Shown here: piece after piece, positions 36,638 through 47,972 of the stretch | How positions within the stretch are numbered: position 1 is the first letter of the stretch | Layout: each line of letters opens with the position of its first letter | NCBI RefSeq assembly: GCF_021028975.2 | Contig: NC_059426.1 | Location: 31,124,001-31,188,000, forward strand | Origin: Sphaerodactylus townsendi | Lineage: Eukaryota | Direction of reading: 5' to 3' | DNA length: 64,000 nt | The notes under the pieces: generated by a model | What the model was told of the DNA's origin: nothing | The model's database searches: none | Seen by the model: only the letters and a program-made list of their open reading frames with translations | Program-made: the position numbers and the translations under genes

Positions 36638-36924
36638 GAAGAAGAAGAAAAAGAAGTTTGGATTTATACCCCTACCTTTCTCTCCTGTAAGGAGACTCAG
36701 TGTGGCTTACAAGCTTTTTTCCCTTCCTCTCCCCACAACAGACACCTTGTGAGGTAGGTGGGACTGAGAGAGTTCTGAAGAACTGTGACTAGCCCAAGGT
36801 CACCTAGCAGGAATGTAGGAGTGGGGAAACACATCTGGTTCACCAGATAAGCCTCTGCCACTCAGGAATCAAACCCAGTTCTCCAGATTAGAATCCACCT
36901 ACTCTCAACTTCTACACTACATTG
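36638..36924 (-). mobile_element. tRNA-derived SINE (Squam3-like) with (CTT)n tail
   Basis: Reverse-complement homology; gaagaagaagaa tail. Confidence 0.85.
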
Positions 36925-37485
36925 AGGTTATTTTCTGCCCTAAGCACATACCTGTCCTCAGTGAGGCAAATGTCCTTCAGCAAAGTCCATCGTTTGAGCC
37001 AACCTACTGGCAACTATAATATTTCAGTGCTGCTCTATATCAGAGTTCTCTAGCAAAAATGAAGAGGATATTGGGATGCATCATCTACTCTGTAGCAGCC
37101 AGAGGCTCTGGGTTAGTACAGAGGCGGCAAGCTCATTTGGCAGATCAGATATTGTATGAGCCTCTCACTGGAATTGCCATGCTCATCTTACATACTGATA
37201 TAGTACTTGAAATCAATAAAAGTTCAGCAATACAACCATTGAAGCTCATTCAGAGCACATGAAAGAGCTTATCCGAAGCATGCTTACCCTGAGCCCTTTG
37301 GGGGAAGGCAGTATACAAATTGAATAATACAATGCAATACATGCTGCTAAAGGGCTGATGTATTTGTGAATCTGCCTATTGTCTTTTTAAGTAAAATTTC
37401 ATGAACTGAATGCTTTCTAGTAAGTTATATGTAAAGATGTTGAACTTCATGATATTTCATTGTTGCTTGTTGTGATCAAACTTAG

Positions 37486-37689
37486 GGCCAACTGGTGCAG
37501 AGTGTCAATGCCCTTCTGAAGGACGCTGGTATTTAGCCAATAATAACAAGCATTGTGTTGCGGACAATGGCACCAGGTGTACTGAAGGACTCTTTACCTG
37601 CCTGAATGGACGCTGCATCTCAGAGCGTTGGAAATGTGACAATGATAATGACTGTGGGGATGGCAGTGATGAACTGGAAAGTGTGTGCG
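37486..37689 (+). CDS. LRP2: LRP2 exon (204 nt), end of EGF plus first LDLa repeat PTGAECQC...SDELESVC
   Basis: cttag| and G|gtaagc, phase 1-1; translated by hand; DCGDGSDE motif. Confidence 0.95.
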
Positions 37690-37734
37690 GTAAGCACTTC
37701 TGCAGTGGAATCAGAAACACTGTTGCCTTGTGGG

Positions 37735-37864
37735 CAGAGGTGTAGCAAGGGAGAAAAGTGCCCTGTGCACTGGTGCATCCCCCGCCCCTCCCCAGAACGC
37801 CCCTGCCCTGGAACACCCCAGCCACACCCCCGGACCGCCCTTACCCCCCGGAGCTACGCCTCTG
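37735..37864. mobile_element. hAT MITE (CAGAGG(C/T)GTAGC family)
   Basis: TIRs present; degenerate TSD CTTGTGGG/CTCCTGGG. Confidence 0.8.
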
Positions 37865-38753
37865 CTCCTGGGAAACTTCTTCAATAGAAGTCAAGAGATA
37901 GCCAGTATCTGTTTGGCCAGAGTCCCACTGAATATTTCGCTGGGATATATAGAAGAGCAGAGACCAGATTGCATCCAAGAGCAGAATAATTGAAATGTAG
38001 AAGATAAAAAGATTAATGTAGGAGATGTGGTATAGATGTTAAAACTGACTTGCCCTCTTAAATTTAGAAAGGGTGGGATATAATTTTGAGAAGGATTAGG
38101 AAGTATTTCCCCGGTTTTAACATCCGAATAATAATGTGCAAGTTAAGATACAAGAAAACATGTTGTGGAATATGAAATATTCTTAACACCCACCTGTAAC
38201 AAGAATATTCCTAAAACTATTCATTAATTGTGTTTCAAATTCAGAGTTCTTCTGTACCCATACATCCTTCCCAGTTCAATGCGTTGAAAGACTGCCAATG
38301 GGGGAGGGTCACAAGGAAGTGGAAAAGGAGGATTTATGGGGGAAGTCTACTATGACTCACTTTTGATAAAATTCAGTAGGGAAACTCAAGCACGTATAAA
38401 GGAAATGTCATGTTTTCCATTGACTATGTGGTGGCGTCGCTTTATGGCGATGTGTTGTCGGGCGCGTTCCCCATTTATTCCTTCAGTTTGAACTTTTTTG
38501 TCACTTGTTACATTTTATGGAAGGATTTGTAGACTCTAGAAATGATCTTCCAGGTAGAAACAAAACTAACGCCTTTTCCTTCAGACTGACTTATTCAAGA
38601 TGTGTATTTTACTTTACATGCAGTCCGCTTTGCAGCTGTGTTTGCCCTGGCAGGTAAAAACAAACTAAGCTCCCATGTACTTCTTTGATGCATTTGTCAA
38701 GACTGTGAGACTCTGTTCCACCAGTGACGCTTCATCACATTTTTCTCCTTCAG

Positions 38754-38996
38754 CTTTTCATACCTGTCAGCCAACAGCTTTCACCTGTGGCAACGGGCGG
38801 TGTGTACCTTACCCTTATCGCTGTGATCACTACAATGACTGTGGAGACAACAGTGATGAGGTGGGCTGCTTGTTCCGAACTTGTGACCCCCACACAGAAT
38901 TTACTTGCAATAATGGAAGGTGTATATCTCTTGAATACGTCTGCAATGGTGTAAACAACTGTTATGATAATGGCACATCAGATGAGAGAAATTGCC
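38754..38996 (+). CDS. LRP2: LRP2 exon (243 nt), two LDLa repeats FHTCQPT...SDERNC
   Basis: ccttcag| and C|gtaagt, phase 1-1. Confidence 0.95.
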
Positions 38997-40055
38997 GTAA
39001 GTTGATCACAAATACGTGTTGTCCTTTAGGATCTGATTCTTTAGGCCACCGAGGAGGAAACTTGATTTTTTTTTAATGTGAAGAATCAGTAAACGGGAAC
39101 AAACGATTTGGTTGGGTTTTTTTTTTACACAATTGGTCAAATAGATAAAAATCTTGAGACATTGATTGGGTGTGAAGATAATTTCTTGGTGATAGAGCTA
39201 CGTTAATGCTGTGAACTGTCTCACTGACTTTGGTAGTACGTATTAGATCCTGCCAACATTTTTGCTCATGGTAGTCCAATTCCTTTCCTTACTGCAGCTC
39301 CCATCCTGCAGGTCCCATGATCCTCAGCCTAGTGGTTTTGGTGGTAAAAGGGAACACCTTATTCCTTTTTTTACCAGAAGGAAAAACTAATTGGATACTT
39401 CCTAAAGGATACTAGGCTGTACTTTATGGATATTCCATTAATGGAAGAAGGGGGATCTCATTCAATTACCCTTCCCCTGACATGTGTGACTTTTTTTTGC
39501 ATATAAGGACCCTCCATCCCTTGCCATTTTTTCATTTTATTTTTCACTGATTTTATTAAATGTCTCTACTGCCCCTCCCCTCTTGGGCTTGTTTCCAACA
39601 AAACAAATACATATACAATTCCACAATAATGCGATAAAACTATAAATACACAGCTATAAATTTAAAGACTTAAAACTCTGTATACTTTCTATAAAGACAT
39701 GATGGCGAGAAAAGTCTAACTCCATCTGATCTCATTAATATCCCAAAGAAGAAAAGGAGGACAGAAAATAAAAATTAGCACCTGATGAAGAGGGTGGCAG
39801 GAGGGCGGAAGCTAAATTTGGTAACCGTCGCTGCCTCAGTTATATGCCTGGTGGAACAACTCATGTGCCACGTGTGCTGGTAGAAAGGCTGGAAAGAGTC
39901 ACTTTTATTAGCCGAACATCTATTGGATGCTATGTCCTGTGTTTCAGACATTGGAGGCTGAATAACATCTTTCGTTCATAACTGTTCCAATGTATGGAAT
40001 CATTTGATATCTGTGGGAAGGTTGCTATTTCTTGCGCGAAATGTATTAATATACC

Positions 40056-41313
40056 CAGTGACGTACGTATAGATTTTTATGGGGAGGTTCAGGGGTGAGG
40101 TCACACCCCCATCTGCCCCTGGGGGCATGGCCACACCTCCCCAGGCTCCGCCCCTGGCATCAGTGCTTGTAAAAACAGCTCTCTGAGGCCAGGGACAGCA
40201 GACTCCCCTGCCCCCACCTCGCCCCGCCCTGCCTTGCCCTGCTCCCCCCCACCAGCTGGGCTCCAGGCTAGTTGCCGGCAGTTCCTTCTTCCTCCCCTCC
40301 AGGCAGAGGGGTAGCTAGGGAAAATGGAGCCTGGTGCAAAATCTGAGGTTTGCCCCCTCCCCCCCCAATGGGTGGCTGCTGTGATGCTGGAATCCACCCC
40401 CAAACAGCATCACTTTTGATGGTGTTTAAATTAGGGAGCCCAGATTCTCCTTTTAAATCCATCTTAAAGGATGAATCTGGGGTCCCCAGTTAAAACAACA
40501 TTGAAAGTGATGCTGTTTGGGGGTGGATTCAGTGGTGAGATTCAGCAGGTTCGCACCACTTCGGCAGAACCGGTTGTTAAATTACTTGAATCCCACCACT
40601 GGGTGGATTATCCCCCATCCTGAAACAGCATCACTTTCAATGTTTAATCTGGGGACCTCAGATTCTCCCTTTAAATCCATGCCAAAGGGGGTGGATTTAA
40701 AAGGAGAATCTGGGGAAATTTGGAGGGTGCCTGCTGTCAGGGGTGCAATTGTTTAGCTAGCAGCACCAAACTTTCAGGGGTATCTTTAGGAGACTCTCCT
40801 GATGATACCACCCAGGTTTTGTGACGTTTGGTTCAGGCGGTCCAAAATTGTGGACCTTCAAAGATGTAGCCCATCTTCTATTAGCTCCCATTGGAAACAA
40901 TGGGGGATGGGGCATCCCCTTTGGGAGTCCATAACTTTGGACCCCCTGAATCAACCTTCACCAAACCTGGGTGGTATCAGTAGGAGACTATCCTGATGAT
41001 ACCACCTAGGTTTAATGAAGTTTGATTCAGGGGGTCCAAAGATGTGGACCCTCAAAAGGGTAGCCCCATCTACTATTAGCTCCCATTGGAAACAATAGGG
41101 GATGGGGCACCTCCTTTAGGGGTCCATAACTTTGGACCCCCCGAACCAAACTTCACCAAACTTGGAGTGTCATCTGATAATAGCCTGAAATTTTGGTGTT
41201 GCTAGCCTAAAAACTGCGCCCTCTGCAGGCCAAAACCCAAAAAATGGGGGGCGGAGCTTCAGACATGCAATGGGGGGGTTGAACCTGAGAAACCCCCCTT
41301 ACCTACGTCCTTT
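40056..41313. mobile_element. 1.26-kb composite non-autonomous hAT element
   Basis: Ends CAGTGACGTACGTA / TACCTACGTCCTTT with a perfect TSD AATATACC; contains two 195-bp tandem units and a nested MITE. Confidence 0.8.
40530..40601. mobile_element. 72-bp hAT MITE nested in the larger element
   Basis: TIR CAGTGGTG(A/G)GATTC and a perfect TSD GGTGGATT. Confidence 0.9.
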
Positions 41314-42175
41314 AATATACCCATTGTGTATATGCATAATGCGGTTAATCCTACTCTTTTGGACCAACAGTGAAGTAGTTAAGATTAAAATTTTGTTGTT
41401 CATCTTTGGTGTGCCAGTGGAGCATATTTAGAGGTCATAAACCTCTGAAACCCTGTGCTTGAAGGAACTTCAAGGAAAGGCCTTGGTCTCTGTGGCCCTC
41501 CCAGGCAACTGATTGGGCTCTGTGAAATAGGATGCTGAAATAGATTGGCCCCTGGTCTGACCAGGCAGGGCTACTCTTATATTCTTTTGAGCATTGACTA
41601 TCAGTACTTCTGTTGTGCCAGAGGCCATGATTGCAACTTCTCTGGTGTGGGTTTTAAATACAGTGCTTCAATTTTCGGAGAATGGTGGTGTGGGAATGAC
41701 CACCATGAAGGGGAAGTGCAGGTGTTGATTGGTGGTTGTGATAGCACAGCTGTAATAAAGAGGTGGAATCAAATTGAGAGACTGTTACTCTTAGGAAAGA
41801 CAGAATGACCTTAGAAGAGAAGTCTCACCTTTTGGCAGGGCAAAATTGACTCATACTCTACTCAGTATTATATCCAGTCTTGCATCATGGAATCCAAGAT
41901 GGTGCACATAGGATTCCTGATTGCTCTGTCTTCCAGGCTTTGACCTGACTGACATTGGTTTATTGAAGAATGTTGTCTTCCAACCATAAAATGTACTTCT
42001 TCTAATAGTTTGACCAATTTTAAATCATCACTTTAGAAATCTGTAGCTAGAGGTGAAAAATAATGCAAAATTATTTAATGTTGATGGTAAAATATTTATT
42101 AAAATGTTTTTATTTTTATATATACATATATAATGTTTTTATTTATATATATATAATGTTTTTATTTATATTTAT

Positions 42176-42180
<5 letters not shown>

Positions 42181-42260
<80 letters not shown>
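42181..42260. repeat. (AGTT)20 microsatellite
   Basis: Direct reading. Confidence 0.97.
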
Positions 42261-42261
<1 letters not shown>

Positions 42262-42770
42262 TGGTAAAATAGGCCATTTGATTTTTGTTCCTCTTTTGTG
42301 AGGCACAGCACTTCTGTTGTGGTGATTTTTCCCCAATGTGGTTTCTAAGAATATGTCCCTTTTTCGCTGTCAAATTTGGGATCATTTTTTTCTGAAAGAC
42401 AAAGTAGGAGGAAAAAGCTATGATTATTCATGGATAAATAGATTGTGTATCAGCTATAAATAATGAAGATGTATTTGTGGAAAATAATAAAAGATAAAAA
42501 GTTGCTTGTGCTATTTCTGTACTTTGTGAATACGCCGAGAAGAGATGATGTAAAGACAGCTGCTAAATTATCTTACACAGAATGAATATATCTCATCTCT
42601 GGTTGAGATCTGCTGGGCTCATTTTACAATGATAGACAGAGTCACTCCAGAAAGCATGAAAAAAGTTACTGTTTGCAGTTAAAATGCTTTAAAAAAAAAG
42701 TCAGCTCGTTACTTTATAAAGAGAAAAAAAGATCTAAATTCTCCCTTCGTGTTTTCTTTTTCTCGTAAAG

Positions 42771-42896
42771 CTGAACGCACTTGTCAGCCTGGCTATACGA
42801 AATGTCAGAGCACGAACATATGCATTCCTCGAACTTATCTGTGCGATGGAGATAATGACTGTGGGGACATGAGTGATGAGAGCCCCACTCACTGCG
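42771..42896 (+). CDS. LRP2: LRP2 exon (126 nt), LDLa ERTCQPG...SDESPTHC
   Basis: gtaaag| after a pyrimidine tract and G|gtaagc, phase 1-1. Confidence 0.95.
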
Positions 42897-43279
42897 GTAA
42901 GCAAACTGTGCCCCAGTTACCTCCCTCGTCTCTGGGCCAAAAGCCAAACGTTCTCATGCCTTCTATGATTTGTTTCTCCCTTTTTATGATTTTATATTGC
43001 AAAGACCGGCCTTTCCTTGTGCCCGTGTAGGTCTGCCTAACATGAGTCTCCTTTTCAGATTCTGGAACGTTAAATGAAAAAGTGAAGTCTCCTAAGCCAG
43101 TCTTGGAGGCAAGGGATGCCAAACCACTGTTAGCTAAGGAATAAATAGATATTATATGGAGAACTGGGGCTGGGAAACTGCCAGATTTGGAAAGAACTCT
43201 GCATTCATAGGACTTGAGGGGGGAAGGAACAACTCGGATATTATGTCCATAGCTTTTGATGTGTTTATGTGCTGCAAGG

Positions 43280-43437
43280 CAGAGACATAGCAAGGGGGGA
43301 AAGCGCCTGGTGGACTGGTGCATCCTTCGCCCCTGGAACGCCCCCGCCCCACCCCTGGAACGCCCTCGCCCCACCTTCACAGGAACACGCACCTGGTGTG
43401 TCACCCCCTCCCCTGTCCCCTTGGAGCTACGCCTCTG
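43280..43437. mobile_element. hAT MITE (CAGAGGCGTAGC family)
   Basis: Perfect TSD CTGCAAGG. Confidence 0.9.
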
Positions 43438-43951
43438 CTGCAAGGGGGATGGGACATTACATCTGTAGGACTCTTATTAGATGTGCTTGCCTGATGTGGT
43501 GGAGAGCATTGATATTGGCACGCTAGTTTCCAGTGGCTGCTGGCACAGAACAGAGATGCTTCCTGTGGGTGTACTGGCACATGTATCCAGTGTTGAACAA
43601 TGTTATAAGAATGCAAAATAAAGATTTTGCCATTCTGAATAGGAAGATATAAAGTCCAGGAGGAAAGCAACAATAGAGGTGTTACTGCTATTTTATACAA
43701 TTTCGTGTATGAAAAGTGCCTGTTCTTTTGCACATTCAGGCCTGAAAGACGCAATATGGAAGCTACAAGTCAAGACACAAAGTTCCTTACCATGCTTGTG
43801 GTTATAAATTCAAGTGAGGACTTACCTTTAAACAGCTCTCCGTTTCCCAATTCAGCTGCATATGGGACAGTGGGGAGGGAAGAGTTTCAGGCTTACCCCC
43901 TGGAAACAGCACTGGGGAGGCCATGTCTACCACTTACTCTGGCACTATGTA

Positions 43952-44217
43952 GCAAGCAAGCAAGCTAAGCCTTTATTGGCATAGACAAAACAAAACAAAA
44001 AACGCTACAAACAATAAGGTTTTTGAAGCAAAGAGAGATACATCAGATATATACAAATTGTTACCGACTCTGAATTATTTCCATCACGAAGCTTGCAACC
44101 TCTTCACAAAAAAACAGAATCAGAGTTATCCAGCAGAAGACATAATCTAATCAAATCTGTTAACTCAGGTTGGAGGATGTAAATTGACATATTTCGATCT
44201 AATTTTGGCAAATCAAG
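43952..44217 (-). mobile_element. RTE-X-like LINE 3' fragment
   Basis: atgccaataaaggctt with a (CTTG)n tail; TSD GGCACT(A/G)TGTA; DLIRLCLLLDNSD resembles DLTRLSLLLNNSD of the 8.3-kb copy. Confidence 0.75.
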
Positions 44218-44634
44218 GGCACTGTGTATCCATCTCAAGGTACATAAAGCCCCCGCACCTCCAGGTTGCTGATTGGATGGGGGAAAAAAACCCTTGCAAC
44301 TGGTCACAGCCGCTTATCGTATTACTAATATGAGTGCCCCTGAAGTGGGAAATTGGGCCACATGGAAGTGGCTCCCATTTCTACCTAGAAGACTGCTGTC
44401 TTGGACACCTACTATACTGTAGTGGCTGAAAAACTGAACCATGAACCAATCTGCATTTCTCCTCTATTATAAACTTCCTAAATTGCCTTAGGCAAGCTGT
44501 TCTCTGTTGGCTTCAGCCTTCAGCTGTTCTCTGTTGGTTTCACCCTAAGACAGGCATTATGGAGGTGATATAATATTGGCCTGTCAATATATGTATGTAT
44601 GATATATGTACGCACATGATATATGTATGTATGA

Positions 44635-45143
44635 CAGTGGTGGCGAACCTACGGCACGGGTGCCAGAGGTGGCACTCAGTGCCCTCTCTGTGGGCACGCA
44701 CAGAGTCCCCCTCCACACACATCTAGGCTGGCCTGGGCCACTGGGCTCGATTATTAGCATTAAACCTAAGACCTAGTTTTGGGGAAGCAGTGTAGGTTAA
44801 GCGCTGTTAAGCGCTGTTAAACCCCACTGATTTTCTTCTGAAGAACTAAAGCGTGATCCTTTACCTGAGAGTAAGCTTGGTTGCTGGCAATGGGGCTTAC
44901 TTCTGAGTAGACCCTCTTAGGATTGTGATTTATCCGTTGGAAGAGTTGCACGGTTGCTTCAAAGCAAAGCCACTGACTACCACCAAGCTTACTCCCCAGT
45001 AATTCACGCCTTGGAGCCAACCATGTTTTCTAAACAAAAACCTCAGTATTCAGGTTAAATTGCCGTGTTGGCACTTTGCGATAAATAAGTGGGTTTTGGG
45101 TTGCAGTTTGGGCACTCGGTCTCGAAAAGGTTCCCCATCACTG
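44635..45143. mobile_element. Non-autonomous hAT1-like element, opposite orientation to 31868-32340
   Basis: TIR CAGTG(G/A)TGG(C/G)GAACCT and a perfect TSD ATGTATGA. Confidence 0.92.
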
Positions 45144-45297
45144 ATGTATGAGAAGTACTTTGAATGCACAAAAGTATAATATATACATATTAAATATTAT
45201 TGTGTTAATCATGCATTCAAATAAAACATCAATCCTTTTGTAAGCCTAAGAAAAAGGGAAGATGAAATCCAGGGGGTTTGTTTTTTCACCCTTCCAG

Positions 45298-45417
45298 TCT
45301 CACTGACCTGCACCAATGCGGAGTTTCGCTGTTCATCTGGACGCTGCATTCCTGCTCATTGGTACTGTGATCAAGCGACAGACTGTGCCGATGGCTCAGA
45401 TGAGCCTTCTTCTTGTG
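45298..45417 (+). CDS. LRP2: LRP2 exon (120 nt), LDLa [11 protein letters not shown]...SDEPSSC
   Basis: cttccag| and G|gtaagt, phase 1-1; translated by hand. Confidence 0.95.
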
Positions 45418-45611
45418 GTAAGTGAGAAGTTAAAAACAGAATGAGCTGGGAAGGTGTAGCTGGACTGAAGGAAATTAATCCGGTTAATGTGTGGATTGGT
45501 CAGTCAGTGGTGGTCAACCTTTTCGAAAATGTCCCCTAGGTTAAAGTCCAGGGTATGAGACAGTTCCATCGAGACCACAGACATAAGCCCTTCAGAATGG
45601 GTACTCTAGAG

Positions 45612-45735
45612 CAGGGGTGTCCAACTCTGGCGCTTCAGATGTTCATGGACTACAATTCCCAATTGGCCATGCCAGCAGGGGCTGATGGGAATTGTAGTCC
45701 ATGAACACCTGAAGTGCCAGAGTTGGAAGCCCCTG
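45612..45735. mobile_element. Palindromic hAT MITE
   Basis: CAGGGG..CCCCTG with TSD (C/T)TCTAGAG. Confidence 0.88.
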
Positions 45736-46304
45736 TTCTAGAGTCTTCTGAGTGAGGGAGCAGACAGTAGTTTATCATGGGAAAGAAGCGCAAGTCTGTC
45801 TCTGTGCCAAAACCGTATTTTTATATTCTAGTGTAGCCTAGTTTCAGAGGGTAGCCATGTTTGTCTACAGTAGAAAAGCTAAATTTGAGTCCAGAGAACA
45901 ACAGGATTTTGGGGATATGAGCATTCAAATGTCAAAGCTGCCTTTTTCATCCAACGAAGGGAGTTTTGACTCTTGGAAACTCATATCATCAAATTTGTGT
46001 TGGTCTCTGAGGTTCTCCTTACCATGTTTCTAATTTTCCAAAAGAGGAATGTTTCTTTAAGGCTTCTACCAGTTTAAATATGGAAAGTTTGTGAATGAGC
46101 ACTGAAGTGTTTGCTGAAGGCAGTGAGGCACATTAATCCTTTTGCATGTAGTCATTCTTATAAAAGAGGGTGGCTTTCTGCAGAACTTTCTTGGCATTAA
46201 ACACCTCCCCCCCCTTCGGCAAAGTGGAAAGTTTTCTTTAGCATGCTGATAGGCATACCACAAAGCAGGCAGAGAACCCCCGTTCTTCTTCTTCTTCTTC
46301 CAAG

Positions 46305-46436
46305 TTCGCCCTGTGCGGAGCTGTTCAAGTGACCAGTTCAGATGTGACGATGGCAGATGTATCCCAGCAAGTTGGATCTGTGACGGTGATAATGATTGTG
46401 GTGATATGAGTGATGAAGACCAAAGACACAGTTGCG
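46305..46436 (+). CDS. LRP2: LRP2 exon (132 nt), LDLa [13 protein letters not shown]...SDEDQRHSC
   Basis: (ttc)n-caag| and G|gtaagt, phase 1-1; translated by hand. Confidence 0.93.
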
Positions 46437-46885
46437 GTAAGTGCCTGCTAGGCCTGAAAGTTATATGGAATCTTTTGATTCTATTTTGACTTTATTCTGT
46501 AACTCATGTTGGAAATTTCTCCTTCTGAGTGATAACGACCCTGCAAAGTTCTTGAGAGCAGGAGAGATAAACATATACGTTTAAAAGACTGAACAGAGGT
46601 TGTAAAGCAAGGGGAACTACTTACCACTGCATGGATTCTGATTTGGTTAACACGAAGCACTCAGAGCCAAGATTTTTTAAAAATTCTTTAATTTTATTGA
46701 GAAGTAAACATTTCTCAGTGATCAAAACTGCTTTAGCTGATATAACTTATATTCATCTGATTAAAAAACCCCATACTGTTCAAATCACGGTTAACCATAA
46801 AATAATAGCCTAACATGGTTAACTATAGTAGCGTTGCCTATAGTTCTAAAGGAGTAAGCAAAAGCAAATAAACTTATGCAGCAGA

Positions 46886-47152
46886 GGGAGCAGCAGTGGC
46901 GTAGGAGGTTAAGAGCAGGTGCATTCTGATCTGGAGGAACCGGGTTTGATTCCCCGCTCTGCCGCTGAGCTGTGGAGGCTTATCTGGGGAATTCAGATTA
47001 GCCTGTACACTCCCACACACGCCAGCTGGGTGACCTTGGGCTAGTCGCAGTTCTTCTGAGCTCTCTCAGCCCCACCTACCTCACAGGGTGTTTGTTGTGA
47101 GGGGGGAAGGGCAAGGAGATTGTAAGCCCCTTTGAGTCTCCTTACAGGAGAG
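46886..47152 (+). mobile_element. Young tRNA-derived SINE (Squam3-like); tail falls in the N-gap
   Basis: A and B boxes with CpGs retained; homologous to the copies at 9527, 49543 and 54820. Confidence 0.9.
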
Positions 47153-47304
47153 NNNNNNNNNNNNNNNNNNNNNNNNNNNNNNNNNNNNNNNNNNNNNNNN
47201 NNNNNNNNNNNNNNNNNNNNNNNNNNNNNNNNNNNNNNNNNNNNNNNNNNNNNNNNNNNNNNNNNNNNNNNNNNNNNNNNNNNNNNNNNNNNNNNNNNNN
47301 NNNN
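47153..47304. other. Assembly gap (152 N)
   Basis: Direct reading. Confidence 0.99.
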
Positions 47305-47569
47305 NGTTACATTACACAGTGCACAAAGCAACTCTTCGGCACGTTGTTACAGCTTATCAGTTTCAAGTTCCAAGTATTAAACCATCTCCACTGACATAAT
47401 TACACGCATCCATCAAAAGAGCTTCTAGCCCACCTCCTCTATATGAGAATTTAGTTAAACTGCCTAACTTTCGCAGGTGGAATGGTCACTCCTGAAAATT
47501 TCTCCCAGCATGCAATCTCTTCCACAGAGGTGTTTAATAAGAGTGCTGAAATAGTGTGCTTTGTTCCAG

Positions 47570-47771
47570 CAAATCGCAGCTGCACAGCATTGGAGTTCAC
47601 GTGTGTGAACAACGGACCTTCACAAAGAAGGTGTATCCCCAAGGCCTGGGTCTGCGATGGGGACGCTGACTGCAGTGATGCTTATGATGAGCATCAAAAC
47701 TGCACAAGAAGGCCATGTCTGGACAGTGAATTCATGTGTAGCAATGGACTGTGCATTCGCAGCGCATACAG
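47570..47771 (+). CDS. LRP2: LRP2 exon (202 nt), LDLa NRSCTALEF...CIRSAY
   Basis: ttccag| and AG|gtttgt, phase 1-2. Confidence 0.95.
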
Positions 47772-47972
47772 GTTTGTGTGACACTCAGCCCGGCCTTTGG
47801 AATGCCTTCACTCATGAGGTTCTCCTGAAACCTGCCTTTCATTCTTTTACATGCCAGGCTAAAATCTTCATTTTTATCCAGGCTGTTAACGGATGAGATG
47901 TTTCTTTTAAACATCTTGCAGTCTGCTCCTGGCTCAAAGATGATTTTATTCACTTCATTTTAAGCTGCTGAC

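Noticed and set aside
46886-46960. tRNA genes at SINE heads
   Set aside because: A and B boxes are present but there is no cloverleaf, and the sequence continues into a repeated SINE body.
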